Translations under genes and position numbers: made by a program
The notes under the pieces: model-generated
The model's input: the letters and a program-made list of their open reading frames with translations, nothing else
Told to the model about the DNA's origin: nothing
Databases searched by the model: none
Source of the DNA: the human T2T-CHM13v2.0 reference genome, Homo sapiens
Direction: 5' to 3' (one strand)
Length of the DNA: 64,000 nt
Assembly: GCF_009914755.1 (NCBI RefSeq)
Contig: NC_060946.1
Shown here: positions 28,701 through 43,700 of the stretch, piece after piece
How the letters are laid out: each line of letters starts with the position of its first letter
How positions within the stretch are numbered: position 1 is the stretch's first letter

Positions 28701-31700
28701 CAGTCTGTGTGACAGAGTGAGATCCAGTCGAAAAAATGGAGTGGAATGGAATGGAGTTGAATGGAATGGAACGGAGTGAATTGGAATGGAATGGAAAGGA
28801 ATGAATTGGAATGGAATGGAGTGGAATGCAGTGGAGGGCAGTTGAGTGGAGTGGAGTGAAATGGAGTGGAGTGGAATGGAGTGGAATGGAGTGGAGTCGA
28901 AGGGAGTGGAGTGGAATGGAATGGAGTGGAATTGAGTGGATTGGAGTGGAATGGAGTGGAGTGGAATGGAGTGGAATGGAGTGGAGTCTAATGGAGTGGA
29001 GTGGAATGGAGAGGAATGGAGAGCAATGGAGTGGCATGGAATGGAGTGGAATGGAATGGAATGGAGTTGAGTGTAGTTGAGTGGAGTGGATTGGAGTGGA
29101 GTGGAAAGGAGTCGAGTGGAATGGATTGGAAAGGAATGGAGTGGAATGGAATGGAATGGAGTGAAATTGAATCGAATGGAGTGGAGTGGAGTGGATTGGA
29201 GTGGAGTAGAATAGAGTGGAGTGGAATGGAGTGTGGCAGACTGGAGTGGAAAGAAGTGGAGTGAAATAGAATGGAATGGAGTGGAATGGAATGGAATGGA
29301 GTGGATGGAGTGGAAAGGAGTGGAATAGAGTGAAATGGGGTGGAGTGGAATGGAGTGGAGTGAAATGGAATGGAGTGAAATGGAATGGAAGTTAACGGAA
29401 TGGAAGAGAATGCAACAGAGTGGGGTGGAGTTTAGTGGAGTGGAGTAGAATACAGTGGAGGGGAGTGGAGTTGAATAGATTGGAGAGGAGTGGAGTGGAA
29501 TGGAGTGGAATGAAGTGGAATGGAAAGAAGTGGAGTGGAATGGAATGGAATGGAATGGAATGGAATGGAATGGAATGGAACAGAATGGAATGAAACGCAA
29601 TGGAGTGGAGTGGAGTGGAGTTGATTGGAGAGGAGTGGATTGGAGCGGAATACAGTGGAGTAGAGTTGAGTCGATTGCAATGGAGTGGAATGGAGTGGAA
29701 TGAAATGAAGTGGAGTGGAATGGCATGGAATAGAATGGAATGGAATGGGAGGGAAGGGAAGGGAACGGAACGAAGTGGAGTGGAGTGTAGTTGATTGGAG
29801 TGGATCGGAGTGCAGCGGAATGGAATGGAATGGAATGGAATGGAATGGAATGGAATGGAATCTTGAAATTAAAAGTGCGCTAAGATTGTGGAACTGCACT
29901 CCAGTCTGGGTGACAGAGTGAGATACAGTCATAATAAAAGAATGGAATGAAATGGATTAGAATGGAAAGGAATGGAGAGAAGTGGAATGGCGAGGTGTGG
30001 AGTGGAATGGAGTTGAGTGGAATGGAGTGGAGTGCAAAGGAGTGGAATGTTGTGGAATGGAATGGAATGGGGTGGAATACAATGGAATGGAATGAAGTGG
30101 AATGGAATGGAGTTGAAAGGAATGGAGTGGAGTGGAGTGGAGTGGAGTGGAGTGGATTGGAGTGGAATGGAGTTGAATTGAGTGAAATGGAGTAGAGTGG
30201 AATGGAGAAGAGAGGAATGGAATGAAGCAGAATAGAACAAAACGGAATAGAACAGAAAGAAATAGAAAGGAGTGGAGTGCAGTGGAGTGGAGTTGAGTAG
30301 AGTGGATCTGATTGCAGTGGAATGGAATGGAAAGGAATGGAATGGAATGGAATGGAATGGAATGGAATGGAATGGAGTGGAGTGGAGTGGAGTGCAGTGA
30401 AGTGTAGTGCAGTGGAGTGGAATAGAGTAGAGTGGAGTGGAATTGACAGGAGTGGAGTGGAATGGAATGGAGTGGAGAGGAATGGAAATAAATGGAATGG
30501 AAAGGAATAGAATGGAACGGAATGGATTGGAATGGAACAGAATGGATTGGAACGGAACAGAACAGAGTGGAGTGCAGTAGAGTGGATTTGAGTCGAGTGG
30601 ATCGGAGTGCAGTGGAATGGAATGCAATGGAATGGAATGGAATGGCGTGCAGTGCAATGGAACTCAGTAGATTGGAATGGAATGGAGTGGAGTGGAGTGG
30701 ATTGGAGTGGAATGGAATGGAGTGGATTGGAGTGTAATGGAATAGAATGGAATGGAGTGGATTGGAGTGTAATGGAATGGAATGGAATGGAATGGAATGG
30801 AAAGGTGAAATGAACTGTGAGCTAAGATTGTGGCACTGCACTCGAGTCTGCGTGACAGAGTGAGATCCAGTCGAAAAAAATGGACTGGAAAGGAATGGAG
30901 TCAAACGGAATGGAATGGAGTAGAATGGAATGGAATGGAGTGGAATGCAGTGGAGGGGAGTTGAGTGGAGTGGAGTGAAATGGAGTGGAGTGGAATGGAA
31001 TGGAATGGAGAGGAAAGGAATGGAATTGAATGGAATGGAATGGAGTGGAGTGGAATGGAATGGAGTGGAATCAAGTGGAGTGGAGTGGAATGGAGTGGAG
31101 TGGAATGGAGTGGAGTGGAATGGAGAGGAATGGAGAGGAACGGAATGGCAAGGAATGGAATGGAATGGAATGGAATGGAATGGAATGGAATGGAATGGAG
31201 TGGAATGGAGTTGAGTGGAGTGGATCAAAGTGGAGAGGAATGGAGTTGAGTGAAATGAATTGGAGTGGAATGGAGTGGAATGGAGTGGAGTTGAGTAGAA
31301 TGGATTAGAGTGGAATGGAGTGAAATGGAATGGCATGGAATGTAGTGGAATGGAATGGAATGAAGTGGAATGGAGTGGAGTAGAATAGAGTGGAGTGGAA
31401 TGGAATGGAGTGGAGTGGAATTGAATGGAGTGGAATGGAATGGAATGAAATGGAACAGAATTGAATGGAATATAAAGAAATGGATTGGACTGGAATGGAA
31501 CGGAGTGGAGTGGAGTTTAGTGGAGTGGATCGGAGAGCAGGCGAATGGAATATAAAAGAATGGAATGGAATGGAATGCAGTGGAGTGGAATGGAACGGCG
31601 TGGAGTGGAGTGGAGTGGACTGCAATGGAATGGAGTGGATTGGAGTGGAGTTGAATGGAATGGAGTAGATTGTAGTGGAATGGAATGGAATGGAATGGAA

Positions 31701-34700
31701 TGGAATGGAATGGAATGGAATGGAATAGTGAAATGAAATGTGAGTTAAGATTGTGCCAATGCACTCCAGTCTGAGTGACAAAGAGAGATCCAGTCGAAGT
31801 AAAGGAGTGGAATGGAATGGAGTAAAATGGAATGGAATGGAATGGAGTGGAGTGCAATAGAATGGAGAGGAATGGATAGGAATGCAATGGAGTGGACAGG
31901 AGTGGAGTGGAGTGGAGTGGAATGGAGTGGAAGGGAATGGAATGTAATGGAGTAGAATAGAATAGAACGGAGTGCAATGGAATGGAGTGTTGTGGAGTGG
32001 AGTGGATTGGAGTGGAGAGGAATGGAGAGGAATAGAGTGAAATTTAGTGGAGTTTAATGAAGTGGAGTGGAATGGAATGGAGTGGAATGGAATGTAACAG
32101 AATGAAACGGAGTGGAGTGGAGTGCAATTGAGTGCAGTGGATAGGAGTGCAGTGGTATGGAATGGAATGGAATGGAGTGGATTGGATTGGGGTGGAGTGG
32201 AGGGGAGTGGAGTGAAATGCAATGGAATGGAGTGCAATGGAACGGAGTGCACTGGAAAGAAATGGAATAAAACGGAATGGAGTGGAATGTAACGGAATGG
32301 AATGGAACAGAATGGAATAGAGTGGAGTGGAATGGAGTGGAGTTGAATGGAGTGTATCGGAGTGCAGTGGAGTGGAATGGAATGCAGTGGAATGGAATGG
32401 CATGGAATGGAGTGGAATGGAATGGAATGGCGTGGAGTGGAGTGGAGTGGAATGGAATGGAGTAGAATGGAATGCAATGGAATGCAATGGAATGGTGAAA
32501 TGAAATGTGAGCTAATATTGTGCCACTGCATTCCAGTTTGGGTGACAGAGTGATATCAAGTCAAAATAAAAGAATGGAATGGAATGGAGTAGAAAGGAAC
32601 GGAATGGAGTGGATTTGATTGGAGTGAAGTGGAGTGGAGTGGAATGGAGTGGAGTGGAATGGAGTGGAATGGCGTGGAATGGAAAAAAGTGGAATGCAAT
32701 GGAATGGAGTGGAGTCGAGTGGAGGGGAATGCAGTGGAATGGAATGAAACGGAGTGGATTGGAATGGAGTCCAGTGAAATGGAATGGAGTGGAATGGAAT
32801 GGAAAGGAATGGAACGGAATGAAACGGATGGAACGGAGTGGAGTGGTGTGGAGTTGAGTGGAGGTGAGTGGAGTAAATCAGAGCACAGTGGAATGGAATG
32901 GAATGGAGTGGAGTGGCGTGGAGAGCAGTGGAGTGGAATGGAGTGGAGTGGAGTGGAGAGCAGTGGAGTGGAATGGAGTGGAATGGAATGGAGTGCACTG
33001 GAAAGGAAAGGAATGGAACGGAATGGAATGGAATGGAAAGGAATGAAACAGATAGGAATGGAGTGGAGTGGAGTGCAGTGGAGTTGAGTGGAGCCGATCT
33101 GAGTGGGTGGAATGGAATGGAATGGAATGGAGTGGAGTGGAATGAAATGGAGTGGAGTAGAATGGAGTGGAGTGGAATGGAATGGAGTTGAATGGAATGG
33201 ATTGGAATGGAATGGTTAAAGGAAATGTGATCTAAGATTGTGCCACTCCACTTCATTCTGGGTGACAGAGTGAAATTCAGTCGAAATAAGAGAATGGAAT
33301 GGCATGTAGTTGAATGGAATGCAATGGAGTGGCATGGAATGGAATGGAGTGGAATGGAGTGGAGTGCATTGAAATGGAGTGGAGTGGAATGGAGTGGAAT
33401 GGAATGAAAAGGAATGGAGTGGAACGGAATGGAAAGTAGTGGAATGGAGTGGAGTAGAGTGGAATGGATTGGAGAGGAATGGAGTGGAGTGGAGTGGAAT
33501 GAAGTGTATTGGTCTGGAAAGGAATTGAATGGAATTTAGTGGAATGGAATGGAACGGAGTGGTGTGGAGTGGAGTGGAATGGAGTAGAATGGAGTGAAAA
33601 GGAGTGGAGTTAAATGGAGTGGAGTGGAATGGAATGCAGTGGAATGCAATGGAATGGAACGGACAGAACTGAATGGAACAGAACGGAATCGAACGGAGTG
33701 AAGTGTAGTGCAGTGGAGTAGAGGTGAGTGGAGGGGATCGGACTGTAGTGGAATGGAATGGAATGGAACGGAGTGGAGTGGAGTGGAATGGAGTGGAGAA
33801 GAGTGGAGTGGAGTGGAATGGAGTGGAGAAGAGTGGAGTGGAATGGAATGGAGCGAAGTGGAATGGAATGGAATGGAACGGAATGGAAAAGAATGGAATG
33901 TAACGGAACAGAAAGGAGTGGAGTTGAGTGGAGAAGATGGGAGTGCAGTGGAATGGAATGAAATGGAATGGAAAGGAATAGAATGGAGTGGAGTGGAATG
34001 GAATGGATTGGAGTGGAGTGGACTGGAATGGAATGGAAAGGAATGGAATGGAATGCAAGGGTGAAATGTAATGTGAGCTAAGATTTTGCCACTGCACTGC
34101 AGTCTTGGTGACAGAGTGAGATCCAATAGAAATAAAGGAATAGAATGGAATGGAGTGGAATGTAATGGAATGGATTGGAGTGGAATGGAGTGGAGTGCAG
34201 TGGAATGAAGTGTAGTGGAATGGACTGGAATGGAGTGGAATGGAAGGGAATGGCATGGAGTGGAATGAATGGCATGGAATTGAATGGAATGGAATGGAAT
34301 GGAGTGGAATGGAGAGGAATGGAGTGGAATTGAATGGAATGGAATGGAATGGAGTGGAATGGAAGGGAAGAGAGTGGAATGGAGTTGGAGTGGAATTGAG
34401 AGGAGTGGAACGGAGTTCAGTGGAATGGAATGGAATGGAATGCAAGGGAAGGGAAGGGAAGCGAATGGTGAAATGAAATGTGAGCTAACATTGTGCCACT
34501 GAACTCCAGTCTGGGTGACAGAGTAAGATGCAGTAGAAGTAAAGGAATGGAATGAAATGGAGTAGAATGGAATGGAATGAAGTGGAGTGGAATAAAATTA
34601 AGTGGAATGGAGTAGAATGGAGCGGAATGAAGTGGAATGCAGTGGAATGGAATGGAGTGGAATGAAAAGGAAAGGAATGAAATGGGATGGAGTGGAGTGG

Positions 34701-37700
34701 AATGGAGTAGAACTGAATGGAGTGGAGTGGAATGGAGTAGAAGAGAATGGAATGGAGTGGAGTGGAATGGAATGGAGTGGAATGGAGTGGAATTGAGTGA
34801 AATAATGTGGAATGGAATGTGGTGGAGTGGAATGGAATTGAGTGGAAAGGAATGGAACGGAATGGAATGGAATGAAATGGAGCGGAATGGAATGGTACGG
34901 AAAGGAACAGAGTGGAGTGGAGTGGACTGAAGTTGAGTGGAGTGGACAGGAGGGCAGTAGAGTAGAATGGAATGGAATGGAATGGAATGGTAAGGAATTT
35001 AATGGAATGGAATGGATTTGAGTGGAATAGAACGGAATGGAGTGGAGTTGAGTAGAGTTGAGTTGAGTGGAGTGGAGTGGAGTGGAATGGAATGAAATGC
35101 AATAGAACGGAATGGAGTGCAATAGAATGGTGAAATGAAATGTGAGCTAAGATTGTTCCACTGCAATCCAGTCTGCGTGACACAGTGAGATCCACTCAAA
35201 ATAATGGAGTGGAATGTATTGGAGTAGAATGGAATGGAATGGAATGGAGTGGAATGCAGTGGAGGGGAGTGGAGTGGAGTGGATTTAAATGGAGTGGAGT
35301 GGAATGGAGTGGAATGGAGTAGAATGGAATGGAGTGAAATTGAATGGAATGGAGTGGAATCGAGTGGAGTGGAGTTTAGTGGAGTGGAGTGGAGATCAGT
35401 GGAATAGAGTGGAGTGGATTGTAGTGGATTGGAATGGATTGGAGTTGAATGGAGTGGAATGGAGTGAAATGGAGTGGAGTGGAAAGGAGAGGAGTGGAAT
35501 GGAATGGAGTGAAATGGAACAGAACTGAATGGAACGGAAGGGAATGGAATGCAACGGAGTGGAGTGGACTTTAGTGGAGTGGAGTGGAGTGAATTGGAGT
35601 GGAATTGAGTGGAGTGGAATGGAGTGCAATGAAGTGGAAGGAAAAGGAGTGGAGTGGAATGGAATGGAATGGAATGGAGGGGAACGGAACGGATCAGAGT
35701 GGACTGGAGTGGAGTGGAGTGCAGTTGATTGGAGTGGATCAGAGTGCAGTGGAATGGAATGGAATGGAATGGTGAAATGAAATGTGAGCTAAGATTGTGG
35801 AACTGCACTTCAGTCTGGTTGACAGAGTGAGATCCAGTCGAAATAAAAGAATGGAATGGAATGGCGTAGAAAGGAATGGAGTAGAATGGAATGGAATGCA
35901 GTGGAGTGGAATGGAATGGAGTGGAATGCAGTGGTGTGGAGTGGAATGGAGTGGAATGCAGTGGTGTGGAGTGGAATGGAGTTGAGTGGAATGGAGTGGA
36001 GTGCAAAGGGGTAGAATGGGGTGGAATGGAATGGAATGGAGTGGAATGCAATGGAATGGAATGAAGTGGAATGGAATGGAGTTGAGTATAATGGAACGGA
36101 GTGTAGTGTACTGGAGTGGATTGGAGTGGAGTGGAGTTTAATTGAGTGAAATGGAGTGGAGTGGAATGGAGTGGAGTGGAATGGAATGAAGTGGAATGGA
36201 ACGGCATGGAACAGAACGGAAAGGAATGGAACGGAGTAGAGTGGAGTGCAGTAGATTGAAGTTGAGTGGAGTGGATATGAGTGCAGTGGAATGGAATGGA
36301 GTGGAGTGGAGTGCAGTGAAGTAGAGTGCAGGGGAGTGGAAAGGAGTGGAATGGAATGGAGTGGAGTGGAATGGAAAGAAATGGAATGTAACGGAATATA
36401 ATGGAACGGAATGGATTGGAACGGAATGGAACAGAGAGGAGTGGAGAAGAGTGGAGTTGAGTGGAGTGGATAGGAGTGCAGTGGAATGGAATGGAAAGGA
36501 ATGGAATGGAATGGAATGGAATGGAATGGAATGGAATGTAGTGTAGTGCAGTTGAATTGAGTGGATTGGAGTGCAGTGGAATGGAATGGAGTGGAGTCTA
36601 GTGGATTGGAGTGGAATGGAATGGAGTGGAGTGTGGTGGAATGGAATGGAACAGAATGGAAAGGAATGGAAAGGAATTGAATGGTGAAACGAAATGTCAG
36701 CTAAGATTATGCCACTGAACTCCTATATGGGTGACAGAGTGAGATGCAGTCAAAATAAAGGAATGGAATGGAATGGAGTAGAATGGAATTGAATGTAATG
36801 GAGTGGAATGGAATGGAGTGGAATGGAGTGGATTGGATTGGAAAGGAGTGGAGTGTAATGGAGTGGAATGGAATGGAGTGGAATGGAGAGGAATGGAATG
36901 GAGTGGAATGGAATAGAGTGGAATGGAGTGTATTGGAGTGGAGTGTAATCGAGTGGAGTGGAATGGAGTGGAATGGAGTGAAATGGACTGCAATGGAATG
37001 CAGTGGAATGGAATGGAGTGGAATGGAATGGAATTGAATGGAGTGGAATGCAATGGAATGGAAAGGAGTGGAGTGGAGTGGAATGGAATGGAGTGGAATG
37101 GAATGGAATGGAGTGGAATGGAACGGAGTGGCGTGGAGTGGAGTGGCGTGGAATGGAGTGGAATTGAGTGAAATGGAGTGGAGTGAAGTGGAATGGAGTG
37201 GAGTAGAATGGAGTGGAGTGGAGTGGAATGGAGTGGGGTGAAATGGAATGCAATGGAGTGGAATGGAGTGGAATGAATTGGAATGGAATGGAATGAAGTG
37301 GAATTGAATGGAGTGGAATGGAATTTAGTGGAGTGTAGCAATGTGGAGTGCAGTGTAGAGGAGTGGAGTGAAGTGGAGTGGAATGGAGAGCAATGGAGTG
37401 AAACGGATTGGAATTGATTGGAGTGCATGAGAATGGAATGAAGTGGAATATAACAGAATGGAACAGAAAGTAACGGAATGGAAAGGAGTGTAGTGGAGTG
37501 TAGTGGAGTTGAGTAGAGTGGTTCGGAGTGCAATCAAATGGAATGGAATAGAATGGAAAGGATTTTAGTGGAGTGGAGTGGAGTGGAATGGAATGAAGGG
37601 GAGTGGAATGGAGTTAAATTTAACAGAATTCAATGGAATATAACGAAATGGATAGGATCAGAACGGAACAGAGCGGAGTGGAGTTGAGTGGAGTGGATCG

Positions 37701-40700
37701 GAGTGCAGTGGAAAGGAATGGAATAGAATGGAATGGAATGCAGTGGAGTGGAATGGAATGGAGTGGAATGGAGTTGAGTGGAGTGGATCGGAGTGCAGTG
37801 GAAAGGAATGGAAGAGAATGGAATGGAATGGAATGCAGTGGACTGGAATGGAATGGAGTGGAGTGGAGTGCAGTGGAATCGAGTGGAGTGGAGTGGAATG
37901 GAGTAGAATGGAATGGAGTGGAGTGTAGTGGAATGGAATGGAATGGTGAAATGAAATGTCAGCTAAGATTGTGCAACTGCATTCCAGTCTGGGTGACAAA
38001 GTGAGATCCAGTCGAAGTAAAGGAATGGAATGGAATAGAGTAAAATGGAATGGAATGGTGTGGAGTGGAATGGAATGGAGAGGAATGGAGTGGAGTGGAG
38101 TGGAGTGGAGTGGAGTGGAATGGAGTGGAGTGGAATGGAGAGTGATGGAGAGGAATGGAATGGAATGGAATGGAATGGAGTGGAATGGAATGGAATGGAG
38201 TGGAATGGAATGGACTGTAGAGGAGTGGAGTGGATTGGAGTGGAGTGGAATGGAGTGGAATAGAGTGAAATTTAGTGGAGTGTAATGGAGTGGAGTGGAG
38301 TGTAGTTGAGTGGCATGGATCAGTGTGCAGTGGAATGGAATGGAATGGAGTGGAGTGGAGTGGAGTGGAATCGAATGGAATGGCATGGAGTGGAGTGGAA
38401 TGGAGTGGATTGGAATTGAATGCAGTGGAATGGAATGCAATGGAGTGGAGTGGAGTGCAGTGGAGTGGAGTGGAGTGGAATGGAATGGAGTGGAGTAAAA
38501 TGGTTTGGAATGGAGTGGGGTGGAATGGAGTGGGTTGGAATGGAGTGGAGTGGAATAGAACGGAGTGGATTGGGGTGGAATGGAATAGAGTGGAATGGAA
38601 TGGAGTGGAGTGGAGTAGAACGGAGTGGATTGGAGTGGAATGGAATACAGTAGAGTGGAATGCAGTGGAGTGGAATGGAATGGAGTGGAGTGGCATGGAA
38701 AGGAATGGAGAGGAATGGAATGGAATGGAATGGAATGGAATGGAATGGAATGGAATGGAATGGAACGGTGAAATAAAATGTGAGTTAAGATTGTGCCACT
38801 GCATTGCAGTCTGGGGGACAGAGTGAGATACAGTCGAAATAAAGGAATGGAAGGGACTGGAGTAGAATGGAATGGAATTGAGTGGAGTGGAATGGAATGA
38901 AGTGGAGAGGAATGGAATGGAGTGGAATGCAATGGAGGGGAATTCAATGGAGTGAAATGGAATGGAATATAAGGGAAAAAAGAGGATTGAAATGGAATGG
39001 AGCGAAGTGGAATGTAATGGAGTGGAGTGGAGTGGAATGGAGTGGAATGGAGTGGAAATTAATGGAGTGGAGTGCAATGGAGTGCACTGGAGTTGTATGG
39101 AATGGAGTGGAGTGGAATGGAATGGAGTGGAGTGGAGTGGAGCGTAGGGTAGTGGAGTGGAGTGGAATGGAAAGGAATGGAGTGTTGTGGAATGGGGTGT
39201 AGTGGACTTTAGAGGAATGGAATGGTGAAATGAAATGTGAGTTAAGATTGTGACATTGCACTCCATTCTGGGTGACAGAGTGAGATCCAGTCGAAATAAA
39301 GGAATGGAACGGAATGGAGAAAAATGGAATGGAATGGAGTGGAGAGGAATGGAATGGAGTGGAATGGAGTGGTGTGGAGTGGAATGCAGTGGAGTGGAAT
39401 GGAGTAGAGCAGAATGGAGTGGAGTGGAATGGAATGATATGGAATGGAATGGAGTGGAATGGAGTGAAGTGGAGTGAAATGCAGTTTAGTGTAATGGAGT
39501 GGAGTAGAATGGAGTGGAATGGAGTGGAATGGAATGGAATGGAAAAGAGCGGAATGGATAGGAGTGGAATGGAGTGGAGTGTATTGGAATGGAGTGGAAT
39601 GGAACAGAAAGGGATGGAACGGAAAGGAACAAAATGGAACAGAGTGAAACTGAGTGGAGTGGAATAGCGTGCAGTGGATTGGAGTGCAGTGAAATGGAAT
39701 GGAATGGAATGGATAGGAGTGTAGTGGAGTATAGTGGAGTGGAATGGAGTGGAAAGAAATGGAGTGGAGTTGAGTGGAATGGAATGGAATGGAAAGAATG
39801 GGAACAGAGTGGAGTGCAGTGGAGTGTAGGGGAGTGGACTTGAGCAGAGTGGATCAGAGTGCAGTGGAATGAAATGCAACGCAATGGAATGGAATGGAAT
39901 GGAATGGTGAAATAAAATGTGAGCAAAGATTGTGCCACTGCACTCCAGTCTGGGTGACAGAGTGAGTTCCAGTCGAAATAAAAGAATGGAACGGAATGGA
40001 GGAGAATGGAACGGAATGGAGTTGAATGGAATGGAGTGAAATGGAGTGTAGTGGAGTGGAATGGAGTGTTGTGGAAAGGAGTGGAGTGGAATGGAGTGGA
40101 ATGGAATGGAATGGAATAGAGAGGAATGGAATGGAATAGAATGGAATGGAGTGGAGTGGATCCCAGTACGGTGCAAAGGAGGGGAACGGAGTGAAATGGA
40201 ATGGAATGGAATGGAGTGGAATCGAATGGAATGGAGTGGAATGGAATGCAATGGAGTGGAGTGGAGTAGAATGGAGTGAAATGGAATGGAATGGAATGCA
40301 GTGGAATTGAATGCAGAGGAATGGAGTGGAGTGGAGTGGAATGGAGTGGAGTGGAGAGGAATGGAATGCTGTGGAGTGGAGTGCAGTGGAATGGGGTGGA
40401 TTGGAATTTAATGGAGTGGAATGGAGTGAAATGGAGTGGAGTGGAATGGAATGGAATGGAGTAAAGTTGAATGGAACAGAGTGAAGTGGAGGGGAGTGGA
40501 GTGGAGTGGAGTGGAATGGAGTGGAGTGGAATGGAGTGGGGTGGAATGGAGTGGAGTGGAATGGAGTGGAGTGGAATGGAATGGAATGGAATGGAATGGA
40601 ATGGAATGGAATGGAATAGTGAAATGAAATGTGAGCTAAGATTCTGCAACTGCACTACAGTCTGGGTGACAAAGTTTGATCCAGTCAAAATAAAGGAATG

Positions 40701-43700
40701 GAAAGGTATGGAGTAAAATGAAATGGAATGGGTTGGAGTGAAATGGAATGGAGTGGAATGGAGTGGAGTGGAGTGGAATGGAGTGAAATGGAGTGGAGTG
40801 GAATGGAGTGGAGTGGAGTTTAATGGAATGGAATGCAGTGGAAAGGGAGGGAATGGAGTGGAGTGTAATGGAGTGGAATGCAGTGGAGTGCAATGGAATG
40901 GAGTGGAATGTTGTGAAATGGAGTGGAGTGGAATGGAGTGGAGTGGAATTGAATGGATTGGAATGGAATGGAACAGAATGGAAGAGAATGGAAAGGAGTG
41001 GGGTGGAGTGGAGTGGAGTTCATTGGAGTGGATCGGAGTGCACTTGAATTGAATGGAATGAAATGGACTGGAATGGAGTGTAGTGAGTGGAGAGGAGTTT
41101 GGTGGAATTGAGTGGAATTGACTGGAGTTGTGAGGAGTTGTGTGGAGTGGAGTGGAATGGAGTGGAATGGAAGGGAGTGGAGTGGAATGGAATGGAATGG
41201 AACGGTATGGAATTGAATGGAAGAGAATGGAGTGGAACAGAAGAGAATGGGGTGGAGTGGAGTGGAGTTGAGAGGAGTGGGTCACAGTGCAGTGGAATGG
41301 AATGGAATTTGATGGATTGGAATGGAATGTAGTGGAGAGGAATGGAATGGAATAGAATGGAGTGGAGTGGAATGAAATGGAGTGGAGTGGAGTGTAGGGG
41401 AGTGGAACGGAGTGGTGTGGAATGGAGGGGAATGGAGGGGAATGGAATGGAGTGGACTGGAAAGGAATGGATTGGAATGGAATGGATTAAAGTGTATTGG
41501 AGAGGAGTCGAGTAAAATGGAGTGGAATGGAGGGAAATGGAGTGGAGTGATATGGAGGGGAGAGGAATGGAATGGAGTGGAATGGAATGAAACAGAATGG
41601 AACGGAATGGAACGGAGTGGAGTGGAGTGGAATGGAGGGGAGTTGAGTGGAGTGAAACCGAGTGCAGTGGAATGGAATGTAATGGAAAGGAATGGAGTGG
41701 AGTGAAGTAGAGTGCAGTGGAGTGGTGGGGAGTTGAGTGCAATGGTGTGAAATGGAATGGAGTGGAGTGGAGTGGAATGAAATGGAATGTAACGGAATGG
41801 AATGGAATGAAATGAAATGAAATGGAATGGAAAAGAATGGAACGGAGTGGAGTGGAGTGGAGAGGAGTTGAGTGGAGTGGATCGGAGTGCAGTGGAATGG
41901 AATGGAATGCAACTGGATGGAAAGGAATGGGGTGGAGTGGAATGGAATGGAAGGGAGTAGAGTGGAATAGAATGGAATGGAGTGAAGTGGAATGGAATGG
42001 AGTGGAGTAGAATGGAATGCAGTGGAATGGAATGGAATGGAAGGGAATGGTGAAATGAAATGTGAGCTAAAATTGTGCCACTGCACTCCTTTCTCGGTGA
42101 CAGAGGGAGATTCATTTGAAATAAAGGGCTGGAATGCAATGGAGTAGAATCGGAAGGAAAGGAGTGGAGTGGAATGGCATGGAGTGGAATGAAGTGGAGT
42201 GGAGTAGAATGGAGTGGAGTGGAATGGAGAGGAGTGGAATGGAGAGCAATGGAGTGGAATGGAATGGAATGGAGTGGAATGGAATGGAATGGAATGGAGT
42301 GGAATGGAATGGAGTGGAATGGAATGGAGTGGAATGGAGTGGAGTGGAGATGAGTGGAGTAGAATGGAGTGGAGTGCAATGGAGGGGTACGGAGAGGAAT
42401 GGAATGGAATGTAATGGAGTGAAATGGAATGGAATGGAGTGGAATGAAATTGAGTGGAGCAGAGTGGAGTGGAGTGGAGTGAAGTGGATTGGAGTGGAAT
42501 GGAGTGGAATGGACTGTAATGGAATGGAGAGAATTGGAATGAAATGGAACGGAATGGAATTGAATGTAACGGAATGGAAAGAAACAGAAAGGAACTGAGT
42601 GGAGTGGACTGGAATGCAGTGGAGTTGAGTGGAGTGGTTCATAGTGGAGTGCAGTGGAATGGAATGGAATGGAATGGATTGGAATGGAATGGAGTGTAGT
42701 GGAGTGGTGTGGAGTAGAGTGGAATGGAATGGAATGGAATGGAGTGTAGTGGAGTGGAATGGTGTGGAGTGGAATAGAATGGAGTGTAGTGGAGTGATGT
42801 GGACTGCAATGGAATGAAGGGGATTGGAATGGAATGGAATGAAACGGAATGGAATGGAATCGAATGGAATGGAAAGAAACAGAAAGGAACTGAGTGGAGT
42901 GGACAGCAATGAAGTGGAGTTAAGTGGAGTGGTTCAGAGTGGAGTGGAATGGAATGGAATGGAATGTAAAAGAACGGAATGGAAAGAAACAACAGAACTA
43001 AGTGGAGTGGAGTGGAATGCAGTGGAGTTGAGTGGAGTGGTTCAGAGTGGAGTGGAATGGAATGGAATGGAATGGATTGCAATGGAATGGAGTGGAGTGG
43101 AATGGAATGGAGTGGAGTGGTGTGGGGTAGAGTGGAAAGGGATGGAATGGAATGGAATGGAGTGTAGTGGAGTAGAATGGATTGTAGTGGAGTGGAGTGT
43201 AATGGTTTGGAGTGGAATGGAATGAAGTGTAGTGTAGTGGAGTGGAGTGTAATGGAGTGGAATGGATTGGAATGGAATGGAAATGAATGGAGTGGACTGG
43301 AATGTAATGGAGCAGAATGGAATTGAATGGAGTGTACTGGAGTGGAGTCGAGTGGACTGTAATGGAATGGAAATGAGAGAAATGTAGTGGAGTGGTATGG
43401 ATTGTAGTGGAATAGAAAGGAGTGGAATGGAATGGAATGGAACGGAATGCAACGGAATTGAATGGAATGGAGTGGAGTGGAATGGATTAGAGTGGAGCTG
43501 AGTGGAGTGGATTGTAGTGCAGTGGAATGGAATGGAATGGAAAAGAGTGGTGTGGGATACAGTGGAGTGGAATGGAGTGGAGTAGAGTGGAGTGGAATGA
43601 ATTGGAATGGAATGGAGTGGAGTGGAATGTAATGGAATGGAACGGTATGGAATGGAATGGAACGCAAAGGTATGGAAAGGAATGGAGTGGAATGGAGTGC

